32,000 nucleotides of DNA from Candidatus Iainarchaeum sp. Lineage in GTDB: Archaea > Iainarchaeota > Iainarchaeia > Iainarchaeales > 0-14-0-20-34-12. Each line of letters begins with the position of its first letter. Position 1 is the first letter of the stretch. This document shows, piece after piece, positions 22,873 through 31,544 of this stretch. Where the stretch lies: NCBI GenBank assembly GCA_030649345.1, contig JAUSKK010000036.1, positions 2,024 through 34,023 of the forward strand, in the 5' to 3' direction. The notes beneath the pieces are model-generated. The model ran no database searches, had not been told where the DNA came from, and worked only from the letters and a program-made list of their open reading frames with translations. The position numbers and the translations under genes are program-made.

Positions 22873-23992
22873 TGAAAAAGATTATTATGAAGTTTTAGGA
22901 GTTTCAAGGAATGCATCGCATGAAGAAATTAAAGCAGCATTCAAGAAACTCGCAAAACAATTTCATCCAGACTTAAACAAAGACCATAAAGCTGAAGACA
23001 AATTTAAAGAAATTAATCAAGCGTATTCTGTTTTAGGCAATCCTGAAAAAAAACAAAAATACGATCAGTATGGTTCAAGTGCATTTGAAGGACAAGGATT
23101 CCAAGGCTTTCAAGGAGCAGACTTTGATTTCGGAGACTTTGGATTCGAAGACTTATTTGGAAGCATATTTGGACAACAATTTAGAAACACAAATTCTAGA
23201 AGAACTCCAGCAGGCCCCAGAAAGGGAGCGGATTTACAATACAGTTTAGAAATTGAATTCGAAGAAGCAGTCAATGGAGTCACCAAAGACATTGAATTCG
23301 AACACATGGAACAATGTACAACCTGTAAAGGCATCGGCGGATCTGGAACAACCAAATGTTCTTCATGCAATGGAAAAGGAGTGGTTACCAGACAACAAAG
23401 AACAGCTTTTGGAATATTTCAGAGCAGTACAACTTGTTCCAAGTGCCGCGGCCAAGGAGAATCAGTAAAAGATTCATGCAAGCAATGCAATGGAACAGGT
23501 CATATTGAAAAACTAAAAAATGTAGAAGTCAAAATTCCAGCAGGAATTGACAATGGTTATACTTTACGATTGCAAGGATTGGGAAATGCTGGAACTCAAG
23601 GCGGAAACTCCGGAGACTTATATGTTTCTATTTTTGTAAAAGCCAGCAAAATATTCAAACGCGACCAAAACGATGTATTCATTGAATTACCCATTAGTTT
23701 TACTGAAGCTGCTCTAGGATGCGAAATTGAAGTTCCAACATTAAAAGGAACTGCAGAATTAAAGATACCGCAAGGAACACAAACTGGAACAATTTTCCGA
23801 ATGAAAGGACAAGGCATGAAACATTTAAACAAAAACGAACACGGAGACGAATACGTAAAAGTCAATATTGTGGTTCCAGAAAAACTAAGCACCAAACAGA
23901 AAAAAAGATTGGAAGAATTCAAAAAAGAAGAAGAAAATGTACGCATTCAAAAAGGATTCTTTCACAAAATAAAGGATAAGTTTGTAAGCTAA
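22868..23992 (+). CDS. dnaJ: Co-chaperone DnaJ (type I: J domain, G/F region, 4x CxxCxGxG zinc finger)
   Basis: 374 aa. [33 protein letters not shown] region, and [33 protein letters not shown]. Confidence 0.95.
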   Translation: MAEKDYYEVLGVSRNASHEEIKAAFKKLAKQFHPDLNKDHKAEDKFKEINQAYSVLGNPEKKQKYDQYGSSAFEGQGFQGFQGADFDFGDFGFEDLFGSIFGQQFRNTNSRRTPAGPRKGADLQYSLEIEFEEAVNGVTKDIEFEHMEQCTTCKGIGGSGTTKCSSCNGKGVVTRQQRTAFGIFQSSTTCSKCRGQGESVKDSCKQCNGTGHIEKLKNVEVKIPAGIDNGYTLRLQGLGNAGTQGGNSGDLYVSIFVKASKIFKRDQNDVFIELPISFTEAALGCEIEVPTLKGTAELKIPQGTQTGTIFRMKGQGMKHLNKNEHGDEYVKVNIVVPEKLSTKQKKRLEEFKKEEENVRIQKGFFHKIKDKFVS

Positions 23993-23995
23993 TTT
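23980..23995 (+). repeat. 16-bp direct repeat copy 1 (dnaJ stop region)
   Basis: GTTTGTAAGCTAATTT is identical to 24720-24735. The two copies bracket the AbrB/PIN pair. Confidence 0.6.
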
Positions 23996-24057
23996 TTAGC
24001 AAATCTTACTTGTAAGAAAAGCTTATTAACCTGTTTTGTTCTAATTAGTAGATTGAT

Positions 24058-24312
24058 ATGAAAGTAATTGTGGAAACCACCAAGATGTCCACCAAAGGAC
24101 AAGTTATTATTCCGAAAGATGCACGCACATTTATGGAACTTGAAAAAAACACGGTTTTTTCAGTTTTAGCTTTGGATCAAAACACGCTTATTTTAAAAAA
24201 ATTAGATAAAGAAAAATTGCTAAGAGAGTTTGAAAATATTCGAGCACGCGTCAAGCATAAACTCTCTGAAAAGGGAGTGGATGCTATTGTTCACAAAGCA
24301 CGCAAAGGTTAG
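24058..24312 (+). CDS. AbrB/SpoVT-family antitoxin (VapB-like)
   Basis: 84 aa. MSTKGQVIIPKDAR is the swapped-hairpin AbrB/MazE signature. Its 3' end overlaps the PIN gene. Confidence 0.75.
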   Translation: MKVIVETTKMSTKGQVIIPKDARTFMELEKNTVFSVLALDQNTLILKKLDKEKLLREFENIRARVKHKLSEKGVDAIVHKARKG

Positions 24313-24727
24313 AGTTGTTCTAGACACCAACATTGTTGTTTCGGCTTTGATCGAAAAACGCGGTTATCCAGCGGAAATTTTTAGAAAACTTATTTCTGAA
24401 GAAATTGAATGTTTTACCAGCCAAGAAATACTGGACGAAATTGAAGATGTATTTAAAAGAACAGAAATTGTCAGCCGAACTTTACAGGCCGATCGGGAAT
24501 CCATATTAACAAATTTCAAGATTTATGCGCAATGGATTTCAATCAAAACCAAAGTAAAAACAGTACTGGAAGATTCAGATGATGATAAATTCATTGAATG
24601 CGCTTTGGACGCCAAAGCAGATTTCATTGTCAGCGGAGATCGACATTTGCTTAAACTAAAGGAATTCAAAGGAATAAAAATTATTAAAGCTAAGGAATTT
24701 ATAGACACAATAAGCGGCTGTTTGTAA
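24281..24727 (+). CDS. PIN-domain toxin (VapC-like)
   Basis: RVVLDTNIVVSAL..., EILDEIEDV, DSDDDKFIECAL and DFIVSGDRHLL carry the PIN acidic residues. ATG 24281 is the most plausible in-frame start (the ORF is open from 24230). Confidence 0.75.
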   Translation: MLLFTKHAKVRVVLDTNIVVSALIEKRGYPAEIFRKLISEEIECFTSQEILDEIEDVFKRTEIVSRTLQADRESILTNFKIYAQWISIKTKVKTVLEDSDDDKFIECALDAKADFIVSGDRHLLKLKEFKGIKIIKAKEFIDTISGCL

Positions 24728-24735
24728 GCTAATTT
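24720..24735 (+). repeat. 16-bp direct repeat copy 2 (PIN toxin stop region)
   Basis: GTTTGTAAGCTAATTT. It contains the PIN stop TAA in a different frame from the dnaJ stop in copy 1. Confidence 0.6.
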
Positions 24736-24775
24736 CGCTGGTTTTTTAATTCCTTTACTTTAATTCTTATTGTAT

Positions 24776-27223
24776 ATGGCTGAACTAGATTTACATTCAT
24801 TGGAAACCAAATGGCAAAAATACTGGGACACAGAACAAATTCATAAATATCATTCAGATTCCAAAAAACCTTTGTACAGCATTGATACTCCGCCGCCTAC
24901 AGTTTCTGGAAAAATGCATTTAGGGCATGCATTGGGTTATAGTCAAGCGGATGTAATTGCACGTTATAAAAAAATGCAAGGCCATGAATTATTTTATCCT
25001 TTTGGATTTGACGACAATGGACTGGCCACAGAACGCTTTGTAGAAAAAGAAACTGGAAAACGTGCCGTGGATATGACGCGAGCAGAATTTGTAAAATTAT
25101 GTTTAGACACAACCAAACAAGCAGAAACTGAATTGGAAAAAGATTTCCGCGCTCTCGGATTAGCCATTGATTGGAATTTAGTATATAGAACCATTGACTC
25201 AAAAGCAGTTAAAATTGCCCAAGAAAGTTTCCTAGACTTATTTGAACAAAAAAGAGTTTATCAAAGCCAAACACCCCACATGTATTGCACGCAATGCAGA
25301 ACAGCCATAGCTCAAGCAGAATTAGAAGACACTGAAAAAGAATCTTTCTTTAATGATTTAGAATTTGAATTAGAAAACAAACAAAAAATAATGATCAGTA
25401 CTACACGGCCTGAATTATTACCAGCCTGTGTTGCAATTTTTATTCACCCAGAAGATAAAAGACACAAAACATTGATTGGACAAACCGCGATTGTTCCATT
25501 GTTTGAACAAAAAGTACAAATTTTAGCCGACAAAAGGGTAGATCCAGAAAAAGGTTCAGGCATTGTCATGTGTTGTACTTTCGGAGACCAAAAAGACATG
25601 GAATGGCAAAAAGCATACCAGTTACCTATTAAAGTTGCGATTGGATTGAATGGAAAAATGCAAGATTGGGTGCCAGAATATGCCGGATTAAATATTAAGC
25701 AAGCGCGTGAAAAAATAATTCAAACACTTAAAGAAAAAGAAATTTTGAAAACACAAAAAAAAATTATGCATATTGTGAATGTACATGAACGCTGTAAAAC
25801 AGATGTAGAATTTTTAGTAACACCCCAATGGTTTATTCAGTATTTGGATCTAAAAAAACAATTCCTGGAAGCCAGCAAATCTTTAGATTGGAATCCAACA
25901 CACATGCAGGTACGTTTAGAAAACTGGGTTCAAGGACTTCAATGGGATTGGTGCATTTCCAGACAAAGATACTTTGGAGTGCCGTTTCCTTTATGGTATT
26001 GCACTCAATGCAAATATCCAAAAATAGCTGAACACACACAATTGCCAGTAGATCCATTGCAAGACCAACCTATCGGAGTTTGTGAAAAATGCAGTGGAAA
26101 AGAATTTACACCAGAAAAAGATGTGTTAGACACTTGGTTTACCAGCAGTTTAACTCCGCAAATTAATTCAAGTTGGACAGTGAATGAAAAACATTTCGAA
26201 AAATTATTTCCCATGAGCTTACGACCTCAAGGACACGACATTATCACTTTATGGGCCTTCAACACATTGGTGAAATCTTTCTTTCACCACAAACAAGTGC
26301 CTTGGCAGACAGTCATGATTAATGGATTTGCTTTAGATGCAAATGGGAAAAAAATGAGTAAAAGTATTGGAAATGTAATTGCACCCCAGCAAATTATTGT
26401 TCAATACAGTGCAGATTGTTTAAGATACTGGACTTGTTCTGTAGGCTTAGGCGAAGACGTGCCTTATAAAGAAAAAGAACTGGTTTCTGGAAAAAGATTG
26501 TTATTCAAATTATGGAATGCCGGAAAACTAATTGAAGGATTAACGGAAAACTTTGATTACGGAAATGCACCCAAGCATACTTTGAATTTACAAATAGAAG
26601 ATAAATGGATTTTGAGTAAATTGAATAACTTAATTGAAAAATGCACTGAACAAATGAATGCATTTAATTTTGCAAGAACGCTAGCAGAAACACGTGATTT
26701 CTTTTGGCTGGAATTTTGTGATTATTATTTGGAAGAAATTAAAGGAAGGATTTACGAACCCAAAACAGTTGAAGACCAACAAGCTGCACAATATACTGCA
26801 GTGCATGTGTTTGAGCAAATTTTGAAATTATTGGCTCCTATTTTACCGCACATCACTGAAGAATTGTATATGGAAAGCAAAATTATTGGATTCAAAAAAG
26901 AAAAAAGCATTCATGAAAGCAATTGGCCGAAAATCGAAAAAGAAAAAATCGATATGCATGCAGAGCAAACTGGAAAAACCATGAATCAAGTTATTGCAGG
27001 AATCCGAAAATACAAAAGCTTGAAAGGATTGCCCATGAATTCAGAAGTCAAAAAAGTCACAATATACTTACAGAACAATGCGTTCAAAGAACAAATCTTG
27101 GAAAGCCAAACTTGCATTCAAAGAACCTGCAAAGTTTTAACTCTAGATGTACGATTGGCTGATCCAGTGAATGTAGTGCAGGTACATGAAGTTAACGAAG
27201 ATATAAAAATAGAAATAGAATAA
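24776..27223 (+). CDS. valS: Valyl-tRNA synthetase
   Basis: PPPTVSGKMHLGHALGYS (HIGH), WCISRQRYFGVPFPLWYC, GKKMSKSIGNVI (KMSKS) and CP1 editing-domain length. About 815 aa fits archaeal ValRS rather than IleRS or LeuRS. ATG 24776 preferred over TTG 24770. Confidence 0.88.
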   Translation: MAELDLHSLETKWQKYWDTEQIHKYHSDSKKPLYSIDTPPPTVSGKMHLGHALGYSQADVIARYKKMQGHELFYPFGFDDNGLATERFVEKETGKRAVDMTRAEFVKLCLDTTKQAETELEKDFRALGLAIDWNLVYRTIDSKAVKIAQESFLDLFEQKRVYQSQTPHMYCTQCRTAIAQAELEDTEKESFFNDLEFELENKQKIMISTTRPELLPACVAIFIHPEDKRHKTLIGQTAIVPLFEQKVQILADKRVDPEKGSGIVMCCTFGDQKDMEWQKAYQLPIKVAIGLNGKMQDWVPEYAGLNIKQAREKIIQTLKEKEILKTQKKIMHIVNVHERCKTDVEFLVTPQWFIQYLDLKKQFLEASKSLDWNPTHMQVRLENWVQGLQWDWCISRQRYFGVPFPLWYCTQCKYPKIAEHTQLPVDPLQDQPIGVCEKCSGKEFTPEKDVLDTWFTSSLTPQINSSWTVNEKHFEKLFPMSLRPQGHDIITLWAFNTLVKSFFHHKQVPWQTVMINGFALDANGKKMSKSIGNVIAPQQIIVQYSADCLRYWTCSVGLGEDVPYKEKELVSGKRLLFKLWNAGKLIEGLTENFDYGNAPKHTLNLQIEDKWILSKLNNLIEKCTEQMNAFNFARTLAETRDFFWLEFCDYYLEEIKGRIYEPKTVEDQQAAQYTAVHVFEQILKLLAPILPHITEELYMESKIIGFKKEKSIHESNWPKIEKEKIDMHAEQTGKTMNQVIAGIRKYKSLKGLPMNSEVKKVTIYLQNNAFKEQILESQTCIQRTCKVLTLDVRLADPVNVVQVHEVNEDIKIEIE

Positions 27224-27268
27224 ATACATCAGATAATAATAGTTGAATAAAATTACAGAGGTTTTCAA

Positions 27269-27751
27269 ATGGGATTGAAAAAAATTGGTTTACTTTTAGT
27301 TGCAGTAGTAGCTATTGTTTATTTTGTAAATCCATCCATGATTGGATCAAATAATCCATTACAGGAATTGGATCAAAAATACTTAAAGGATTCTGTATTA
27401 CCGACTACAGAAAATATACAAGCCTATGAGCAAGCTTTGAAAAACTTTTCTGGATCCACAGAACAAGTGCAAGTGCGATTGACTGGTGTTGAATTGGTTA
27501 AAGCTTTGCAATTGGTTAATCAAAAAACAGTATTAATTGATTTGCAAAGTTCAGAATGTAGAACTCAAGTTGTAAATGCACAGCAAGCTATAGATACAGC
27601 TATTGGAAAAGCCGTGAACTTAAGTTCAGAAACTTCGCGTTTGTTGGCTAAAGAAACAAATGAATTTGTTTCAGAACTAAAAGCTACAACTTTAGGAATT
27701 CAAGGCAGATTGGAAACCCAAAAACAAAGCTTGGAAAATTACTGCGAATAA
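27269..27751 (+). CDS. N-terminally anchored extracytoplasmic helical protein, function unknown
   Basis: 160 aa. One N-terminal TM/signal anchor (IGLLLVAVVAIVYFV), a Q/E/L-rich helical remainder, and two Cys. AGAGGT lies 7 nt upstream. Confidence 0.55.
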   Translation: MGLKKIGLLLVAVVAIVYFVNPSMIGSNNPLQELDQKYLKDSVLPTTENIQAYEQALKNFSGSTEQVQVRLTGVELVKALQLVNQKTVLIDLQSSECRTQVVNAQQAIDTAIGKAVNLSSETSRLLAKETNEFVSELKATTLGIQGRLETQKQSLENYCE

Positions 27752-27759
27752 AGATTTCT

Positions 27760-28371
27760 ATGAAAACACTAGCAGTAACTGCAGAAGCTATATTGTATAA
27801 AACTAATTATTTAGGAAAACCCGCAGTATTGAAAAAAAGAGTTGAAAAAAAATACCGCGAACCTTTATTGGATCAAAGCTTGCGAGAAAAACGAATTGTA
27901 ATTGAAGCAGGAATTATTCAACGAGCCAAAAAAGCTGGCGTTCGAACTCCTATTTTGTATAAAGTGGATAAAAAAAATACAGAACTCTGGATGGAGTTCA
28001 TTGAAGGAAAAAAATTACACGAATTCTTGGAAAAAAGCAGGCAGGAAACTGAATGGTGTAAAAAAGTTGGAACTGAAATTGGAAAACTGCATGCAGGCCA
28101 AATTGTTCACGGAGATTTAACTTCCAGCAATATTTTGGTTCAAGGCAAAGAACTGGCATTCATTGACTTTGGGTTGGGTTCAGCCAGTACTAAATTAGAA
28201 GATTTTGCAGTAGATTTATTAAACTTTAAAAAAACCCTTAAAGCACAGTATAAAAACGCGGAATTATACTGGAAAAGCGTGGAAAAAGGGTATGTAAAAG
28301 GAAATAAAACCAAAGGCTTGCAAGTGCTTAAAGGCTTGAAGGAAGTAGAATTAAGAGTCCGGTATTTGTAG
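27760..28371 (+). CDS. bud32: Bud32 / PRPK atypical kinase (KEOPS subunit)
   Basis: 203 aa. GKPAVLKKR..K.YR...LD..LR..R...EA.....A...GVRTP, IVHGDLTSSNILV and FIDFGL. Confidence 0.88.
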   Translation: MKTLAVTAEAILYKTNYLGKPAVLKKRVEKKYREPLLDQSLREKRIVIEAGIIQRAKKAGVRTPILYKVDKKNTELWMEFIEGKKLHEFLEKSRQETEWCKKVGTEIGKLHAGQIVHGDLTSSNILVQGKELAFIDFGLGSASTKLEDFAVDLLNFKKTLKAQYKNAELYWKSVEKGYVKGNKTKGLQVLKGLKEVELRVRYL

Positions 28372-28482
28372 ATCAATCTTTTTAAACCCTATTGACTAAT
28401 TTATAGTTATAGATCTTGTTTTTGGACTAGCTTCGGTAAGCCTTAGCAGGTTATCGCTGGCAAAAACAATTAAATTTGTAAA

Positions 28483-29025
28483 GTGAATCTTATGCGAAAA
28501 CGTGAAACCACAGAAGCATTTGAACCTACGGCTTTAGATTTGGAAAAAAATGCTGAAAAAGAATTGCTCGAATATGCTCAAGAAAAAGCAGCCAAACCTA
28601 AAGTAAAAGAAAAATTACCTGAAGGATCTTTGCAGGAAGAATTGGCTGACTTTAAACCAGAAGAAGTTACAGATATTCTTGTAAAATTAGCCAATGCCGG
28701 AACCCAAAAAAGTGAAATGGGACTTATTCTGCGGGACCAATATGGAATTGGAAGCGTAAAAGACATTACTGGAAAAACCATTACTCAAATTTTAAAAGAA
28801 CAAAATTTAGAAGATGCAGTCCCAGAAGACATATTGAATTTGATTCGAAAAAGTGTCAAATTATTGGATCACATGAATATTAACAAAAAAGATTTCAGCG
28901 CCAAACACGGTTTTCAATTAACCGTTTCAAAAATTAACCGCTTGGCCAAATATTATAAAAGCAAAAAAATTCTAGCCAAAGATTGGAAATACACAGAAGA
29001 ACGAGCACGCTTAATGGTAAAATAG
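28483..29025 (+). CDS. rps15: 30S ribosomal protein uS15 (S13e type)
   Basis: The C-terminal PEDILNLIRKSVKLLDHMNINKKDFSAKHGFQLTVSKINRLAKYYK is the S15 signature. The N-terminal extension is acidic. Start is GTG 28483 or ATG 28492. Confidence 0.85.
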   Translation: MNLMRKRETTEAFEPTALDLEKNAEKELLEYAQEKAAKPKVKEKLPEGSLQEELADFKPEEVTDILVKLANAGTQKSEMGLILRDQYGIGSVKDITGKTITQILKEQNLEDAVPEDILNLIRKSVKLLDHMNINKKDFSAKHGFQLTVSKINRLAKYYKSKKILAKDWKYTEERARLMVK

Positions 29026-29155
29026 TGAATGCATTATGGAATTTTATATTCAATTAAATAATTTAGGAAAAAAAATTTCAAAAAAAGGAAACAATGAACC
29101 CAAAGAAATTTTAGAAATTGTAGATACATTTATTGTAAATCAGGTGAACTAAAGT

Positions 29156-29869
29156 ATGGCTGAAGTGCAATCCAAAAAATTGAAAGCAACTGTAGATAAG
29201 TGGAAGAAAAAACGCTGGTATACTGTTCTAGCTCCAGCTTCGTTTGACCGGCAATTGTTGGGAGAAACACCTGCAGCCAAGCCCAATTTATTGGAAAATC
29301 GAACCATTGAAATTACTTTAGATAAAGTAACTGGCGATCGAAAACAAAGACATATTACTACAACTTTTCAAGTCGTACGCGTGGAAGGATCCAATGCACA
29401 TACTGAATTGCAAGGACATGAAATCAAACAATCTTATTTAAGTCGATTGATTCGCAGACGAAAAAGCAAAGTAGATACTGTCTGCACTGCATTGACTCGA
29501 GACAAAAAACAAGTCCGAGTTAAAGCTTTATGTTTAGCTAATTTAGTTCCAAAAAAAGAAGAAAGCGAATTGCGAAGAATCATGGACGACGAATTAATGG
29601 GGTCGGCTAAACGAAGAGATGCAGATCAATATATTCAAGAACTCATTTTTGGAACTATTGCTGCAAGAATTTTCAAGCGAGCTAAAAATGTTGCAATTAT
29701 TAAACGAATTGAAATTGTAAAATCCCGAATTTTAAATACCAGCAAAGAAAAAAAGGAATTTGTAATCGAAGGCGCAGCACCGGTTAAACCTGAAACAAAT
29801 ACGCAGCCGGCTAAACCGGAAGCAAAAGTAGAACCTGAGGTCAGCAATGCAGGAAATACAACTCAGTGA
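29156..29869 (+). CDS. rps3ae: 30S ribosomal protein eS1 (S3Ae)
   Basis: 237 aa. KKKRWYTVLAPASFDRQLLGETPAAKP..L..RTIEITL is the S3Ae N-terminal signature. AGGTGA upstream. Confidence 0.92.
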   Translation: MAEVQSKKLKATVDKWKKKRWYTVLAPASFDRQLLGETPAAKPNLLENRTIEITLDKVTGDRKQRHITTTFQVVRVEGSNAHTELQGHEIKQSYLSRLIRRRKSKVDTVCTALTRDKKQVRVKALCLANLVPKKEESELRRIMDDELMGSAKRRDADQYIQELIFGTIAARIFKRAKNVAIIKRIEIVKSRILNTSKEKKEFVIEGAAPVKPETNTQPAKPEAKVEPEVSNAGNTTQ

Positions 29870-30530
29870 AATGATTGTATTATTGATAGCGCTTTTTCTT
29901 TTTTCTATTTTAACCTATAAAAAGAATTCTTTAGATTTAGAAGGCATTCTAATTGGAAACATTTTGGGAATTGTAGTATTCTTATTGGGCGGATTAATTT
30001 CGTTTTCTATTTTAGTTCTTTTTTTTATTATTGCTGAATTGGGAACTCGATTTGGAAGAATCAAAAGAGCTAAACACGAAGTGCGAACTACAGGGAATAT
30101 TTTAGGAAACAGTGCAGCTGCAGTTGCTATGCTGGTAGCAGGATCTACTTTAGGTTTTTATGCAGGAATTTCAGCTGCTTTAGCAGATACTTTATCCAGT
30201 GAAATTGGAATTACTTCAAAACGAAAGCCTGTATTGATTACTTCTTGGAAAGAAGTAGAAACTGGAACCGACGGAGCTGTATCTGTGCGAGGCTTAATAG
30301 CCGCAGTATTGGGGGCCAGTATTGTTGGCTTGGCTTATTTTGTTCAATTTCAATCCAGCACTGCATTTATAGTAATTGTAATAGCCGGATTTGCTGGATC
30401 CATTACGGATTCTTTTTTAGGAGCAATTTTTGAACGTTCTGGAAAATTAAACAATACTTGGGTTAATTTTTTAGGCTCTTTAACAGGTTCATTAATTGGA
30501 TTGATTGCAGGAATTTTTTTAATTATTTAA
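29847..30530 (+). CDS. DUF92/TMEM19-family integral membrane protein
   Basis: 227 aa, multi-pass. The ALADTLSSEIG motif is characteristic of DUF92. ATG 29871, just after the rps3ae stop, is an alternative start. Confidence 0.7.
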   Translation: MQEIQLSEMIVLLIALFLFSILTYKKNSLDLEGILIGNILGIVVFLLGGLISFSILVLFFIIAELGTRFGRIKRAKHEVRTTGNILGNSAAAVAMLVAGSTLGFYAGISAALADTLSSEIGITSKRKPVLITSWKEVETGTDGAVSVRGLIAAVLGASIVGLAYFVQFQSSTAFIVIVIAGFAGSITDSFLGAIFERSGKLNNTWVNFLGSLTGSLIGLIAGIFLII

Positions 30531-30579
30531 AAAATTGGTTTAATTATTTAAAATTCTTAAATGAATTAAAAATTTCGAT

Positions 30580-31488
30580 TTATCTAAAATAAGAACGAGT
30601 TTGCGAAACCATTGAATTGGTTAAACCTGCATTGACTCCTTGTCCAAAACTTTGGCCGGCAGTTGAAAAAATATCTGAAAAAGCAGGAGTTACAGAAAAA
30701 TCTTCGATTATAGGTTCGCCGGAAATATTGCCCAATTCAGCAGCTTTTTGAATGGCTTTTTGTTTTCCGCCTACTTCATCCAATAAACCTAGTTCAAATG
30801 CCTGCCTTCCGGTTAAAATTCGTCCATCGGCAATGGATTCAAATTGTTCTAAATTTAGTTTGTCTCCGCGAAAAGATTTAATGGAATTTTTAAAGTTTTC
30901 AAAAATTTGCTGGGATGCAATCAAAAGCAATTCTTCTTCTTTTTCAGTTAAAGGTTTAAATGGACTGCCCATGTCTTTGAATTTTCCTTGAGTTAAAACA
31001 TTGATTTTGACATTATAGTCTTGCAATAATCCAGAAATATCCGGCAATACTGTAATAACTCCAATGCTTCCAGTTAAAGAATCTTCATCCGCCATGGAAT
31101 AAGTTGTAGAAGCAGAAACATAATAGGCTCCACTGGCACCAATATCTGAAATCCAAGAAACTACAGGTTTGTTCATGGATTGAATTTTTTCCACAATTTG
31201 TTTGGTTGCAACAACACTTCCGCCGGGAGAATTAATTTCCAATAAAATAGCTGAAACCCCTGAATCATTTTCTGCTTGATCCAATAAATCCACAATTTGC
31301 CCTGCAGAAACCAGTTGCTGGAAGACATCGCCTTCTGAAACAATTTCACCCACCAAAGCAATGCGGGCAATTTTGGGACCAAAAGAAAAACTACCGGCTG
31401 TAGAAGAATAAAAAAAACTAGCTACAATCGCCAAGCCCACCAGCATCAGAATTCCTACAGCTGTTAAAAAAATCCATTTATTAACCAT
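30580..31488 (-). CDS. sppA: Signal peptide peptidase SppA (S49 family, 36K type)
   Basis: 302 aa. N-terminal TM anchor, LEINSPGGSVVATKQI, GASGAYYVS (Ser nucleophile region) and the GK..D region. Confidence 0.88.
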   Translation of the reverse strand: MVNKWIFLTAVGILMLVGLAIVASFFYSSTAGSFSFGPKIARIALVGEIVSEGDVFQQLVSAGQIVDLLDQAENDSGVSAILLEINSPGGSVVATKQIVEKIQSMNKPVVSWISDIGASGAYYVSASTTYSMADEDSLTGSIGVITVLPDISGLLQDYNVKINVLTQGKFKDMGSPFKPLTEKEEELLLIASQQIFENFKNSIKSFRGDKLNLEQFESIADGRILTGRQAFELGLLDEVGGKQKAIQKAAELGNISGEPIIEDFSVTPAFSDIFSTAGQSFGQGVNAGLTNSMVSQTRSYFR

Positions 31489-31544
31489 TTAGATCTCAAG
31501 TTAATAGATATTAAATACTTTTAAAGGAATGCCTTTCGATCATT

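Noticed and set aside
24770-27223. The 817-aa class I synthetase as IleRS or LeuRS
   Set aside because: The length and the WCISRQRYFGVPFP and KMSKS context fit archaeal ValRS. IleRS and LeuRS are substantially longer. This remains a recognition-based call.
28364-28491. Possible further tail duplication: ATTTGTA-GATC-AATCTT at the bud32 stop versus ATTTGTA-AAGTG-AATCTT just before the rps15 start, flanking a spacer with a GC-richer patch (28424-28460)
   Set aside because: Only 13 matching positions in AT-rich sequence, with an indel. The spacer hairpins are weak (3-4 bp) and lack the CCAACC/GGTTG core. It is compatible with chance.
29036-29152. 38-codon ORF (MEFYIQLNNLGKKISKKGNNEPKEILEIVDTFIVNQVN) between rps15 and rps3ae
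   Set aside because: No SD, no recognisable motif, and A-rich spacer composition. It cannot be supported from sequence alone.
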